Shown here: positions 50,160 through 60,598 of the stretch, in pieces
Numbering within the stretch: the first letter of the stretch is position 1
Layout of the letters: each line of letters starts with the position of its first letter
NCBI GenBank assembly: GCA_038884615.1
Contig: JAWABL010000001.1
Span: 57,837 to 121,836, forward strand
Direction of reading: 5' to 3'
DNA from: Candidatus Woesearchaeota archaeon
Lineage (GTDB): Archaea; Nanobdellota; Nanobdellia; Woesearchaeales; DSVV01
Length of the DNA: 64,000 bases
Program-made: the position numbers and the translations under genes
The notes under the pieces: generated by a model
The model's database searches: none
The model's input: only the letters and a program-made list of their open reading frames with translations
What the model was told of the DNA's origin: nothing

Positions 50160-50657
50160 AATATAACAATTGTGTTCATTGTTTAAAAATTTTTTTATTA
50201 ATTTTTAGGTATAATTAAAAGAAGTAGCATTAAAAAAAACAGTATTAAAAGAATAGTAGTGGTTTGCAATTTTTAGTAGTATCACACCTCTATTTCCTGT
50301 AGAAATTTATTTCTTATGAATTTTTTATGTATATGTTTTGTGTGATCTGATTAATTTATATTTAAATGAAACAATAAAACAATGGAATTAACGAATTATT
50401 TTGTTCTGTATATTTAATTGCAAGATGCTTATATTTTGTTTCAATATTGAAAAATATTATTACATAATTATAAATTAATCAAAGATGATTATAAATAATT
50501 ATTAACTTTTATTACATTCATATAAAAAATAGTATAAAACACAGAAAACAAGAACTGATTTTAAAAACAATTTTTAAATTTTCCATGAGAAACAATGGGG
50601 TGTTGGTTGTTTTTATTTTAGTAATATTTTTAAAGCATTATTTCTTGTGGAAACTTA
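50160..50657. promoter_or_regulatory. putative chromosomal replication origin (oriC) with ORB-like repeats and AT-rich unwinding element
   Basis: ~500-bp >80% AT intergenic region directly upstream of orc1/cdc6-polD; ORB-like TTCCATGAGAAACAATGGGG (50581..50600) and mini-ORBs TTTCCTGTAGAAA (50293..50305), TTTCTTGTGGAAAC (50641..50654) resemble the archaeal TTCCAGTGGAAAC(G)...GGGG origin recognition box. Confidence 0.55.
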
Positions 50658-51863
50658 ATGGTTCAGCAAGGATTAACGCATTTTTTTGAGTCTTTTCTAA
50701 AGCAAGAACCAATTTTTAGGGAAAAGAAGGTCTTGCAGCTTAGCTACACCCCAACAGAGGTTTTTCACAGAGATGATGAGATAAAACAGCTTGCAAATAT
50801 TCTTGCGCCAGCACTTCGGCTTGAAAGACCTTCAAATATCTTTCTTTATGGTAAAACAGGAACTGGGAAAACGCTATGTGCCATTTATACAACCAATAAT
50901 ATAATCCAAGTTGCAGAAGATAAAGGCATTCCATTGCGTGTTATTTATATCAACTGCAAATTAAAGCGCGTTGCTGATACAGAATATCGACTTTTTGCAT
51001 ATATTCTTGGCGAGCTTGGGATATCTGTTCCGACGACCGGTTTGCCAACACAAGAGATTTATAGCGCATTTGAAAGTTATATTGATCAGAAAAAGCAGGT
51101 ATTTATAATTATACTTGATGAAATAGACCAACTTGTAAAGAAAGTCGGGGATAATATTATCTATAATCTTACCCGGCTCAATACACGGCTTAAAAACTGC
51201 CAGATTTCCATAGTAGGAATTTCAAACGATATACTTTTTATAGACAACATAGACCCACGGGCAAGGTCTTCTTTGAGCGAAGAAGAAATAATATTTCCAC
51301 CTTATAACGCACTCCAACTCCAGGACATTCTACGGAAAAGAGCCGAACGGGCGTTTAAGGAAAATGTGATTGAAGAGGGCGTTATAGAAAAATGTGCGGC
51401 ATATGCAGCAAGAGAACATGGAGATGCGAGACGAGCGCTCGAGCTTTTGCGTGTTGCAGGCGAGATAGCAGAGCGTTCACAGTCACAGAAAGTAAAGATT
51501 GAACATATTGATATGGCCGAGGAGAAAATTGAGAAGGACAGGGTTCTTGACATAGTTGCGCAACAACCGAAACAGCAGCAAGCGGCGCTTTACGCCATAA
51601 TCACCCTTGCACAGGGCACCCAGTCTATAATATACACTGGCGAAGTTTATGAAATATACCAAAAAATATGTAAAGATGCTGGACTTAGACCGCTCACACA
51701 ACGTAGACTTTCAGATATCTTAGGCGAGCTTGATATGCTTGGCATAATAAACGCCAAGGTCATATCAAAAGGCAGGTTTGGCAGAACACGCGAAATAAGC
51801 CTTGCAATTTCCTCAATCACAACACAAAAAATTAAAAAAATACTTGAGCAGGGCTTTGGCTGA
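50658..51863 (+). CDS. cdc6: Orc1/Cdc6 replication initiator (AAA+ ATPase + winged helix)
   Basis: Walker A YGKTGTGKT, Walker B ILDEID, sensor motifs, C-terminal winged helix. Confidence 0.9.
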   Translation: MVQQGLTHFFESFLKQEPIFREKKVLQLSYTPTEVFHRDDEIKQLANILAPALRLERPSNIFLYGKTGTGKTLCAIYTTNNIIQVAEDKGIPLRVIYINCKLKRVADTEYRLFAYILGELGISVPTTGLPTQEIYSAFESYIDQKKQVFIIILDEIDQLVKKVGDNIIYNLTRLNTRLKNCQISIVGISNDILFIDNIDPRARSSLSEEEIIFPPYNALQLQDILRKRAERAFKENVIEEGVIEKCAAYAAREHGDARRALELLRVAGEIAERSQSQKVKIEHIDMAEEKIEKDRVLDIVAQQPKQQQAALYAIITLAQGTQSIIYTGEVYEIYQKICKDAGLRPLTQRRLSDILGELDMLGIINAKVISKGRFGRTREISLAISSITTQKIKKILEQGFG

Positions 51864-53464
51864 TGCAAACAAACAACAAGAAGGAAATTGTAAAATATTT
51901 TCTCGAACAAAATATACTTATAAGCCATGACCTACTTGAACGGCTTGATGAACAGATGTTTGCGGTGATAAAAGAACGATTAGGGAAGCTGAAAGGCGAA
52001 CGACTCTTCTTAGCAAAAGGCGAGCTAGATGCGCTGCTAAGCAAGGACAAAGAAGAACCCTGGCGCAAAGATATATTCGAAGGCAAAAACCCTCCACACA
52101 TCACTGCAGCACAAAAAAAAACAAACGAAAAAGATGCGTTTGAACACAAACACACAGAGCCAGCGTATTTTGAAGACATAGACCAGAAAAATAGCGATTC
52201 AATTGACAGATGCAATCGAGTTAGCATTATCGCATCGTACAATGAGCCCCCAAAAAAACAGGACATACAAAACTTTATCAAACACTACAATTCACGATTT
52301 AAAGCGCTAGAATCAATGCTAAGAAACCGGCCAGAGTTACAAAACCTAAACTCTATTGGAAGAGTCTTGCAAAAAAAGGAGCGCGAAACTACAAGCATAA
52401 TAGGCATTGTGAAAGAAAAAATCGTAAGCGGAGGAAAAATCAAGATAGTATTTGAAGACCTGTCAGGCGAAATTCCAGTTATTGTCGACAAAAGCAAAAG
52501 CGAGCTTTTTAGTCAGGCACAAAATATAACTGAAGATGAGGTTCTTGGAGTTTTAGGAATCTCTTCAGGAAGAGTGTTATATGCAAATAGTTTCTATTGG
52601 CCAGATGTTCCACTAAATAAAGAGATACGCAAATCTCCCGACAAGGCGTATGCAATGTTTCTTTCGGATTTACATATAGGCTCAAAAAAATTTTTGCGTC
52701 CTGAATTTGAGAAGTTTCTTCGCTGGCTTAACAATCCAGGAGACAATGAAAGGCACAGGGATATTGTAGAAAACTTAAAGTATTTATTTATCATAGGAGA
52801 CCTTGTTGACGGTGTTGGGATTTATCCAGGACAAGAAGCAGAGCTTGAGCTTACGGACATATATAAACAATATGACGAATGCGCCCGGCTTCTTAGGCAA
52901 ATTCCTGAATACGTGTCTATAATAATCTGTCCAGGCAATCATGATGCTTTAAGACTTTCTGAACCTCAACCACCAATATATAAGGAGTTTGCTCCTGGAA
53001 TCTATAATCTTAAGAATGTTACAATTGTAAGTAATCCAGCACTAGTTAACATTCACGCGTCTAAAATTTTTTCAGGATTTGATGTTCTTATGTATCATGG
53101 ATACAGCTTTGATTATTTTCTCCAAAATATTGAGCATATCAGAGCGAACGGCGGCTACGACAGAGCCGATTTAGTTATGAAATTTCTTCTTCAAAGAAGA
53201 CACCTCTCACCTACCCACACAGCAACATTATATGTGCCCGATCCGTTGCGTGACCCTCTAATAATAAATAAAGTACCTGACTTTTTCGTGACGGGCCACA
53301 TACATAAAACAGCGGTCTCAAACTATAGAAATGTTTCGCTTATCTGTGGCTCATGTTGGCAGGCAAAGACCGCATTTCAGGAGCGAGTTGGTCACCACCC
53401 AGAGCCAGCGAGAGTGCCGGTTGTGAATTTACAAACCCGCGAAACAAGAATACTCAGGTTTTGA
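51863..53464 (+). CDS. DNA polymerase II (PolD) small subunit DP1, 3'-5' exonuclease
   Basis: calcineurin-like phosphoesterase motifs (LSDLHIG, GDLVDG, GNHD); 1-nt overlap with cdc6 stop. Confidence 0.9.
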   Translation: MQTNNKKEIVKYFLEQNILISHDLLERLDEQMFAVIKERLGKLKGERLFLAKGELDALLSKDKEEPWRKDIFEGKNPPHITAAQKKTNEKDAFEHKHTEPAYFEDIDQKNSDSIDRCNRVSIIASYNEPPKKQDIQNFIKHYNSRFKALESMLRNRPELQNLNSIGRVLQKKERETTSIIGIVKEKIVSGGKIKIVFEDLSGEIPVIVDKSKSELFSQAQNITEDEVLGVLGISSGRVLYANSFYWPDVPLNKEIRKSPDKAYAMFLSDLHIGSKKFLRPEFEKFLRWLNNPGDNERHRDIVENLKYLFIIGDLVDGVGIYPGQEAELELTDIYKQYDECARLLRQIPEYVSIIICPGNHDALRLSEPQPPIYKEFAPGIYNLKNVTIVSNPALVNIHASKIFSGFDVLMYHGYSFDYFLQNIEHIRANGGYDRADLVMKFLLQRRHLSPTHTATLYVPDPLRDPLIINKVPDFFVTGHIHKTAVSNYRNVSLICGSCWQAKTAFQERVGHHPEPARVPVVNLQTRETRILRF

Positions 53465-53466
53465 AA

Positions 53467-56400
53467 ATGGACGAATATTTCAAGGCTATACAAAACCAAG
53501 TTTCAGGGTGTTATGAAATAGCGTCAGCAGCGAGGAAACAAGGCAAGGACCCAGAAGATATGGTCGATGTAAAACTTGCGAGAAACATGGCCGAGCGTGT
53601 TGAGGGGCTGATTAGTGCAGTTGCGCCTCAACTGGTAGGTACAGGATTTACAAAACGAATAATTGAGCTTGAAAACGAATTCGGTGCACTTGACTGGCGA
53701 GTTGCACTTGTTATTGCAGATGAAGTTGCGCATGAAAAATTTGCTTCTTTCAAAGATAAACGAGAAGCTATGGAGGTGGGTATCCGGGCAGGATTTGCCT
53801 ATCAGACGGGTGGAATTGTGGCCGCTCCCCTAGAAGGATTTATTGAGCTTAAAATAAAGAGGCGTCGTGACGGCAAGGAGTATGTTGCGCCCTGCTATGC
53901 AGGACCCATACGTGGCGCAGGTGGAACAGCGGCTGCGTTTTCGCTTATTCTAACAGATTATGTTCGCATGCGGATGGGTTTTGAAATATTTGACCCTGAA
54001 GAAACAGAAATAGCCAGATACAAAACTGAAATATCAGACTATCATGAAAGAGTAACCAACCTTCAGTATTTTCCTTCACAAGAGGAGATAGATTTTCTTG
54101 CGAGAAAACTTCCAGTGCAGATAGATGGTGACCCAACAGAACAAATTGAGGTCTCAAACTATAAAGATATAGACCGAATTGAAACAAACCGAATACGCGG
54201 AGGAGTTTGTCTTGTTTTTGCTGAAGGGCTTGCCCAAAAAGCGCCGAAGCTATGGAAACGCCTTCAAAAATGGGGTAAAGATTTTGGTATTGATTGGTCT
54301 TTTTTAGATGAGTTTATATCATTACAGAAGAAGATAAAAGCAAAAGCTAAAGTTGAAAACCACAAAGAGAAGATAACACCCAACTATACATATATTAATG
54401 ATATTGTCGCCGGCAGGCCGGTTCTTTCACATCCTCTTGCGATAGGCGGTTTTAGGCTGAGGTATGGTAGGTCAAGGGCAAGCGGGTTTTCGTGCGCAGC
54501 GATTAATCCTGCGCTGATGATTCTTCTGAAGAATTATATCGCAACAGGTACGCAATTAAAAGTTGAGCGCCCGGGAAAGGCAGTGTCAATAACACCATGT
54601 GATACAATTATGGGCCCTATTGTTAGGCTTTATGATGGTACAGTACTGGAAATCTCAACTGCCCAAGAGGCAAAGATGTATAATACTAAAGTGGAGAAAA
54701 TACTCTATCTTGGAGATTTGCTAGTGAGCCATGGAGATTTTTCTGAGAACAACCACCCTCTTGTTCCGTGTGGGTTTAATGAAGATTGGTGGGCAAGAGA
54801 ACTTGAAAAAGCAATAATAGATTTGTTTGGCTCGCTAGATGCAGAAAAAGTTTCAGAGCACACAGATATCCCCACAAATATTATTGCCTCTTTATTGAAA
54901 AATCCTGCAACAAGTAAGATTTCGGTAGAGCACGCAATCCAGTTTTCAGAAACACTTGATGTTCCTCTTCATCCAAAATTCACATATTTTTGGGATATTA
55001 TAACAATCGAGGACCTAAAGGCCCTTATTATACACCTTTCTAAACCCAACACAAAAATCATAGAAGAGTCCATAGAACAGAAATCTAAGCATGTAAAAAT
55101 AGTTCTACCAGAAGAACAAAATGTGAAACACACACTAGAGCGTCTTGGAGTGCCTCACCTGTTTGTAAATAAAGAGTTTATTATTCTTGAAGGAGAACAC
55201 GCAAGAGCAATTCTTTACTCTCTTGGTTATTACAAAAAATATGATTTTGCCGACCTTATTGACAGGATAGAAAAGGCCCATTCACCCCAATCATGCATTG
55301 AAGTTTTGAACATCGGGGGCGTTCGGCTGATGCCGAAAGGCGGCACATTTATTGGTGCTCGCATGGGAAGGCCAGAAAAAGCAAAGATGAGAAAAATGGT
55401 CGGTGGTCCACAGGTGTTGTTTCCTGTAGGTGAAGAAGGCGGCAGGCTAAGAAGTTTTCAGTCTGCCTTAGAACAAGGAAAAATAAAGGCCGATCTGCCT
55501 ATAATGTATTGTAAAGCATGTAACAAAGAAACAATTTATCCAACATGTGAAGTTTGTCAAAGAAAAACACTACAGAGATATTACTGCAAAAAGTGCGGTG
55601 TCATCCTAGAACCAATATGTAAACTACATGGCGTGGCTAGCACATATTCTCTTCAGGATATTGATGTCAAGCACTATTTTGAGGCAGCACTCGCGACCCT
55701 TAAAATGAACATCTATCCAGATTTGATAAAAGGAGTTAGGGGCACAAGCAACAAAAACCATCAACCTGAAAATCTAGTTAAAGGAATCCTGCGTGCAAAG
55801 TATGATCTCTATGTGAACAAAGACGGAACCGTGAGGTTTGATATGACTGAGTTGCCAATCACACATTTTCGGCCTGAAGAAATAGGTACTTCGCTAGAGA
55901 AACTTCACGAGCTTGGGTATACTACAGACATAAAAAATCAACCACTTGTTAAGTCTGATCAAGTTGTAGAGATTAAACCACAGGACATTATACTCCCTTC
56001 GGCGCCAGAGGCACTTGATGAGCAAGCAGACAAGGTACTCTTAAGAGTTGCAAAATTCGTTGATGAATTATTAGTATATTTTTACGGGATGAAGCCTTTT
56101 TATAACGCAGAGAAAAGGGAAGACCTTGTAGGACATTTGGTTGTTGGTCTCGCACCACACATCTCTGCAGGGATGGTCGGTAGAATAATTGGCTTTTCAA
56201 ACACGCAGGGAATGTTTGCACATCCACTCTTCCACGCGGCGCTTAGGAGAGATTGTGATGGGGACGAGGCATGCGTAATACTTCTCCTGGACGCATTGCT
56301 TAACTTTTCAAGACAATTTTTGCCAGATTCAAGAGGTGCAAAAACAATGGATGCACCGCTTGTCTTGACATCAAAAATATGTGCTGCAGAGGTAGACGAT

Positions 56401-57006
56401 ATGGCGCACGGACTTGATATTGTCTGGAACTATCCTCTTGCCTTGTATAAGGCAGCTCAAGAATATAAGAACACCTCAGAAATAAGGGTTGAGCAGATTA
56501 AACATGTTCTAGGCACGGAGAGACAGTATCAAGGCATGGGGTTTACGCATGATGTCTCAAGCATAAATATGGGAGTAAATTGTTCAGCTTACAAAGCGCT
56601 TCCTTCAATGGAAGACAAACTCCTTGGACAGATGGAACTCGCTGAGAAGATTAACGCGGTAGACGAGAAGGATGTTGCAAGGCTGGTGCTTGAAAAGCAT
56701 TTGCTTAAGGACACACGCGGCAATTTAAGGAAGTTCTCAACACAGCAGTTTCGCTGCGTAAAGTGCAATGAAAAGTTCAGAAGACCGCCCCTTACTGGAT
56801 CCTGTACCAGGTGTGGCGGGAGGCTTATCTTCACAGTTTCAGAGGGGTCTGTTACAAAATACCTTGAACCTTCAATTAGCCTTGCAAAAAAGTATTCTGT
56901 CCCGGCATATTTAACCCAGTCAATAGAACTTTTGAAAATGCGTGTAGAGGGGGTGTTTGGGAAAGAACGCGAGGTGCAACACGGGCTTGGAAAATGGTTT
57001 GGTTGA
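53467..57006 (+). CDS. DNA polymerase II (PolD) large catalytic subunit DP2
   Basis: ~1179 aa from ATG at 53467 (ORF track extends upstream over DP1); two Cys clusters (CKACN..C..C and CVKCN...CTRCGG); no intein apparent. Confidence 0.9.
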   Translation: MDEYFKAIQNQVSGCYEIASAARKQGKDPEDMVDVKLARNMAERVEGLISAVAPQLVGTGFTKRIIELENEFGALDWRVALVIADEVAHEKFASFKDKREAMEVGIRAGFAYQTGGIVAAPLEGFIELKIKRRRDGKEYVAPCYAGPIRGAGGTAAAFSLILTDYVRMRMGFEIFDPEETEIARYKTEISDYHERVTNLQYFPSQEEIDFLARKLPVQIDGDPTEQIEVSNYKDIDRIETNRIRGGVCLVFAEGLAQKAPKLWKRLQKWGKDFGIDWSFLDEFISLQKKIKAKAKVENHKEKITPNYTYINDIVAGRPVLSHPLAIGGFRLRYGRSRASGFSCAAINPALMILLKNYIATGTQLKVERPGKAVSITPCDTIMGPIVRLYDGTVLEISTAQEAKMYNTKVEKILYLGDLLVSHGDFSENNHPLVPCGFNEDWWARELEKAIIDLFGSLDAEKVSEHTDIPTNIIASLLKNPATSKISVEHAIQFSETLDVPLHPKFTYFWDIITIEDLKALIIHLSKPNTKIIEESIEQKSKHVKIVLPEEQNVKHTLERLGVPHLFVNKEFIILEGEHARAILYSLGYYKKYDFADLIDRIEKAHSPQSCIEVLNIGGVRLMPKGGTFIGARMGRPEKAKMRKMVGGPQVLFPVGEEGGRLRSFQSALEQGKIKADLPIMYCKACNKETIYPTCEVCQRKTLQRYYCKKCGVILEPICKLHGVASTYSLQDIDVKHYFEAALATLKMNIYPDLIKGVRGTSNKNHQPENLVKGILRAKYDLYVNKDGTVRFDMTELPITHFRPEEIGTSLEKLHELGYTTDIKNQPLVKSDQVVEIKPQDIILPSAPEALDEQADKVLLRVAKFVDELLVYFYGMKPFYNAEKREDLVGHLVVGLAPHISAGMVGRIIGFSNTQGMFAHPLFHAALRRDCDGDEACVILLLDALLNFSRQFLPDSRGAKTMDAPLVLTSKICAAEVDDMAHGLDIVWNYPLALYKAAQEYKNTSEIRVEQIKHVLGTERQYQGMGFTHDVSSINMGVNCSAYKALPSMEDKLLGQMELAEKINAVDEKDVARLVLEKHLLKDTRGNLRKFSTQQFRCVKCNEKFRRPPLTGSCTRCGGRLIFTVSEGSVTKYLEPSISLAKKYSVPAYLTQSIELLKMRVEGVFGKEREVQHGLGKWFG

Positions 57007-57066
57007 AAAAACTAGTGAACAAAATATCGAAGGTTCATTATTTATATTGATAGATGGTGGTGTCTT

Positions 57067-57681
57067 TTGATATTTGAGGCATTAAGTGAATTTTTCACAG
57101 ACATTATTTCTTCTATGGGTTATTTTGGCGTTTTTTTATTGATGACGCTTGAAAGTATGATTGCACCAGTTCCAAGCGAGGCAGTAATGCCTTTTGCAGG
57201 GTTTCTTGTAGCACAGGGAAGGTTTAATATTTATTTGGTTATTTTAGCCAGTTCCTTTGGTTCTATTGTAGGGAGTCTGCTGTCTTACTTTATAGGGTAC
57301 AAAGGGAGAGTGCTGCTTATGAAATATGGTCATCTCTTACTTCTTCGTGCCAAAGACCTTAAAATTGCTGAAAAATGGTTCTCAAAACACGGAGAAAAAA
57401 CTATTTTTGTATGTAGATTTATCCCTGTGATAAGACATCTCATCTCTGTTCCGGCAGGCACTGCCAAAATGAACCTTCTTAGATTCAGTATTTATACTCT
57501 TTTAGGCGCAACAATTTGGAATGTTTTCCTTCTTTTTCTGGGAATCAAGCTTCAAGAAAATTGGACATTTGTTCACGAGCACTCAGTTATAATAGACTTT
57601 TTTGTTATTCTTATTGGTGTTGTAGCTATTTTTTGGTTCCTTAAAACACATATCAAAGAATTAAAAAACCGCTTACATTAG
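57067..57681 (+). CDS. DedA/TVP38-family membrane protein
   Basis: 204 aa; FGVFLLMTLESMIAPVPSE motif characteristic of DedA proteins. Confidence 0.7.
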   Translation: MIFEALSEFFTDIISSMGYFGVFLLMTLESMIAPVPSEAVMPFAGFLVAQGRFNIYLVILASSFGSIVGSLLSYFIGYKGRVLLMKYGHLLLLRAKDLKIAEKWFSKHGEKTIFVCRFIPVIRHLISVPAGTAKMNLLRFSIYTLLGATIWNVFLLFLGIKLQENWTFVHEHSVIIDFFVILIGVVAIFWFLKTHIKELKNRLH

Positions 57682-57955
57682 CGCTAGTTTGAGATATCTT
57701 TATACTCTCCACATGGGCAGCCGGAGGGCCATCTTTACATTTCTCAACAAGCTGTCTTACTTGCATCTTAGGACCAATAGCAACAACCTCTACACAACCA
57801 TCTGGTAGGTTTTTTGCCCACCCAGAGATGCCAAGTTGTTCAGCTTCCTGTTTGACAGAATACCTAAATGAAACGCCTTGCACATGTCCACATACAGTTA
57901 TTTTAATTGCATTACTCAATATACCAACCTTATTCGTCAAAGAGGACAAAGGCAT
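57653..57955 (-). CDS. acyP: acylphosphatase
   Basis: VCGHVQGVSFRY and GWAKNLPDG acylphosphatase signatures; start moved to internal ATG (MPLSS). Confidence 0.7.
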   Translation of the reverse strand: MPLSSLTNKVGILSNAIKITVCGHVQGVSFRYSVKQEAEQLGISGWAKNLPDGCVEVVAIGPKMQVRQLVEKCKDGPPAAHVESIKISQTSANVSGFLIL

Positions 57956-58226
57956 ACGGTATTCCTTGAACAGTTTTGGTGTTTTTTTTGTCCGCAAACC
58001 CCTCTCTTATTAAAAGCGCAACACACTCTTGACCAACCGCAGTTATCATTTTTGCTGACTTGCAAAGCCTGATAATCTCCTCTTCAACCATCCTTTCGCC
58101 GTTAAAATATTCACCGGCGCAGTCAATTTGCACATCGTCCTCAAGAAACACTTTTCCCTTGACTGAATCATCGCAAATTGCAAGAAGGACTTTGTTGTTT
58201 TCTGTTATGTTTTTTTTTGCGTACAT
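57930..58226 (-). CDS. DUF424-family archaeal protein
   Basis: 98 aa; LLAICDDSVKGKVF...EYFNGE...GIPYA pattern recalled for DUF424. Confidence 0.45.
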   Translation of the reverse strand: MYAKKNITENNKVLLAICDDSVKGKVFLEDDVQIDCAGEYFNGERMVEEEIIRLCKSAKMITAVGQECVALLIREGFADKKNTKTVQGIPYAFVLFDE

Positions 58227-58348
58227 TCTTAGATAATATTCCTTTGTTTTTTAGGAACTCGCCATTTTATATTCCTTTTATTTAATCTGTTTATGTTATT
58301 TAATATTTTTTATATTAATTATTTTAATATATGAACTATCTGCAATGT

Positions 58349-58759
58349 TCAAATCCTTGATTTCACATTATGCTTTGCTCCGCATGCCATGCACTTCATG
58401 AAAAGATAATCGCCTTCTTTTATAAGTTTTGTGTCAGGTTTACCGCATTCTTTGCAGATAACATACTCTTCAGCATACTGCGCGAGCTTTTCGTTTATTT
58501 TTGTTGCAGATATCTTTGTACCAAATATCACAAAATTCCTTTTTATTTCACCAGGTGTTGCTAACTCTTTCAAAACATATTTAAGTACATGTTCCGGTGG
58601 TCTATTGAACAATGCCGCGATTTGGAAGAAATTGCTTATTATTGTTCTGTTGCCTTGTATCCTTCCAGTTACTTTTGGAATCTCAAACCTTTCTTTTTCA
58701 ATGCCCTTTTCAGGCAGAACCGAATACGCACTCTCAAGCAGCTTTTCATAACTGTCCAT
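58349..58759 (-). CDS. eif2b: translation initiation factor 2 beta subunit (aIF2-beta)
   Basis: 136 aa; C-terminal zinc ribbon CKECGKPDT...CMACG of eIF2beta/eIF5 family. Confidence 0.8.
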   Translation of the reverse strand: MDSYEKLLESAYSVLPEKGIEKERFEIPKVTGRIQGNRTIISNFFQIAALFNRPPEHVLKYVLKELATPGEIKRNFVIFGTKISATKINEKLAQYAEEYVICKECGKPDTKLIKEGDYLFMKCMACGAKHNVKSRI

Positions 58760-58874
58760 ATAGCGCAGAACTCACAGGCAGTTTATAAATCTTTTTAGGT
58801 CGCCTAATGTGTCTATTGTAGCGGTTTAAATAAGTATATAAACTTATATCCACATATATCCTCTCTACACTAAC

Positions 58875-59849
58875 TTACAAAAATTCGAGTTCGCTCTTTA
58901 GAGACTCTATCTCTTTTTTCAACTCTTCTGCTTCATTTTTTGTTGTTATGTAATTTTCAAGTTCCTTTATTATTTCAGTGCGTGTTTTTAAATCATATAT
59001 CCTAAGTGCAATTTTCGGCTCGTTTATAACTTCATCAAGCCAAATAGACACATCGTTCTTATTTTCATTGACAAGCTGGTTGAAGGTGGTGTCATCAATA
59101 TTCTGCAAAAAATAGCAGAGCTCCCGTAGACTTGTTATTTGTTTTCCTTCGGCAAAAGCTAGTCTGTTATGTAGTAGCGAAGGGGCGATGTTATGCATAG
59201 CAGATTGAACTGCCTGTTGTTCCACAGAAGACTCGTGTGCGTTCTGCACAACAACCCCTCCTTCCATGCTTTGTATATCATTTACTGGTGAGCTTCGTAC
59301 CGCAAATGTAAAGTAAACTGCGTTCCCTATAACCAGAACAAACAAGACTATTGAAGCAAGGAGAAGCCATGGTCTTTCCTTCCTCTGTTCAATAGCAGAC
59401 ACAGAAGCCACTTTCTTTTCATCAGCGGCAAATCCTGTCGGTGCAGCGAGATTTAGTTTTGCTCCAAGCCCCTGCTCTGGAACACCTTCATGCATGACGC
59501 TTATAGTAAGCGTTTCTTTTCCTTCAATTTTTTCTGGCATTTTAAGTGTAAGCGTGAAACTTTTCACAGCATCGTCTTTGCTGAACACAATCTTTTGAGG
59601 CTCAGCAACTATATATTTTGCAAGGTTGCCTGTTATATTTACTGTTACCGTAAAATCCTTCTTTTCTGTATTATAAATCCTGTAGACTACGGTTTTTTCT
59701 GTACCAGGCTCAAAGACAATATCTTTTGTAGCCGGAGTTATTCCTAGTGCATATGCGTCAATCGAGTTCAGGACAAGGGCCATTAATGCATAACAGCACA
59801 CATACACAGAATACGCCGCGCCTTGCATACATACTACTTTCTTTCGCAT
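58875..59849 (-). CDS. hypothetical bitopic membrane protein (signal peptide, beta-rich ectodomain, TM, cytoplasmic coiled coil)
   Basis: 324 aa ORF, no recognisable domain. Confidence 0.35.
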   Translation of the reverse strand: MRKKVVCMQGAAYSVYVCCYALMALVLNSIDAYALGITPATKDIVFEPGTEKTVVYRIYNTEKKDFTVTVNITGNLAKYIVAEPQKIVFSKDDAVKSFTLTLKMPEKIEGKETLTISVMHEGVPEQGLGAKLNLAAPTGFAADEKKVASVSAIEQRKERPWLLLASIVLFVLVIGNAVYFTFAVRSSPVNDIQSMEGGVVVQNAHESSVEQQAVQSAMHNIAPSLLHNRLAFAEGKQITSLRELCYFLQNIDDTTFNQLVNENKNDVSIWLDEVINEPKIALRIYDLKTRTEIIKELENYITTKNEAEELKKEIESLKSELEFL

Positions 59850-59887
59850 TGTTGTTTTTATTATAGAAAGAAAATATAAAAAATTTG

Positions 59888-60493
59888 CTATTTTATATTT
59901 TTAAACACATCCTTCGGCTCTTCTCCACCAATGGGTTCATAAAACTGCTTTCTTTGCTCGTCTTTGTCATACTCATATATCTTTGGGTCGGGCGTCACCC
60001 AGTCAATGAATTCTATCAAGAAATAGAAAAAAGGAAAGAGCACAAAAATGCCAATTATTGCTTTCATTGTTAATAGTTCCGGTTTATAGAATATTGGTGT
60101 GAAAACCAGTAGGATATAGCTAACCTCTCTTATTCTTGCTATGTACCTCACGCTTTTTTTCCCTTTTATGCCAAGATACAGAATTAAAACGCCATAGCTA
60201 AACACAAGAAACGCGATGAATAGTTTTGCATAAAGCAGCATATCAACAGAGATGGCTTTTTCTTTAAGTAGCCGAATAGTGGTTCTTGTCCAGTCAATTC
60301 CAACCCAGAAGACGATCACACCATTTGATACGGCATTTCCATAAGAAGTGTCTCGCTTTTCTTGATATATCTCTGTTATTATCCAGCCAAGATAAATCGG
60401 AATTATCACCCAAAGCATCTCTGGCTCGGAAAACGGCGCATAGAATAAATATAGCCAAGAATAAAATAGTTGCCAGAACTGTTCAAGCACCAT
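59888..60493 (-). CDS. hypothetical polytopic membrane protein
   Basis: ~6 transmembrane helices; ORF track start (TTG at 60610) lies inside the adjacent repeat element, internal ATG at 60493 proposed; start uncertain. Confidence 0.35.
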   Translation of the reverse strand: MVLEQFWQLFYSWLYLFYAPFSEPEMLWVIIPIYLGWIITEIYQEKRDTSYGNAVSNGVIVFWVGIDWTRTTIRLLKEKAISVDMLLYAKLFIAFLVFSYGVLILYLGIKGKKSVRYIARIREVSYILLVFTPIFYKPELLTMKAIIGIFVLFPFFYFLIEFIDWVTPDPKIYEYDKDEQRKQFYEPIGGEEPKDVFKNIK

Positions 60494-60598
60494 AAAAACT
60501 ATAAAATAAAACAAGATATTAATTAATTTTTGGTTTGATTTAGTAGGCGAGAAAACCAAATTTATATTGGATGATATAAATAGATTTCTTTCAAATTG

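Noticed and set aside
53353-53466. N-terminal 38 codons of the ORF-track PolD large subunit
   Set aside because: Overlap the 3' end of the DP1 gene in another frame; true start is the ATG at 53467 immediately after the DP1 stop (MDEYFKAIQ...)
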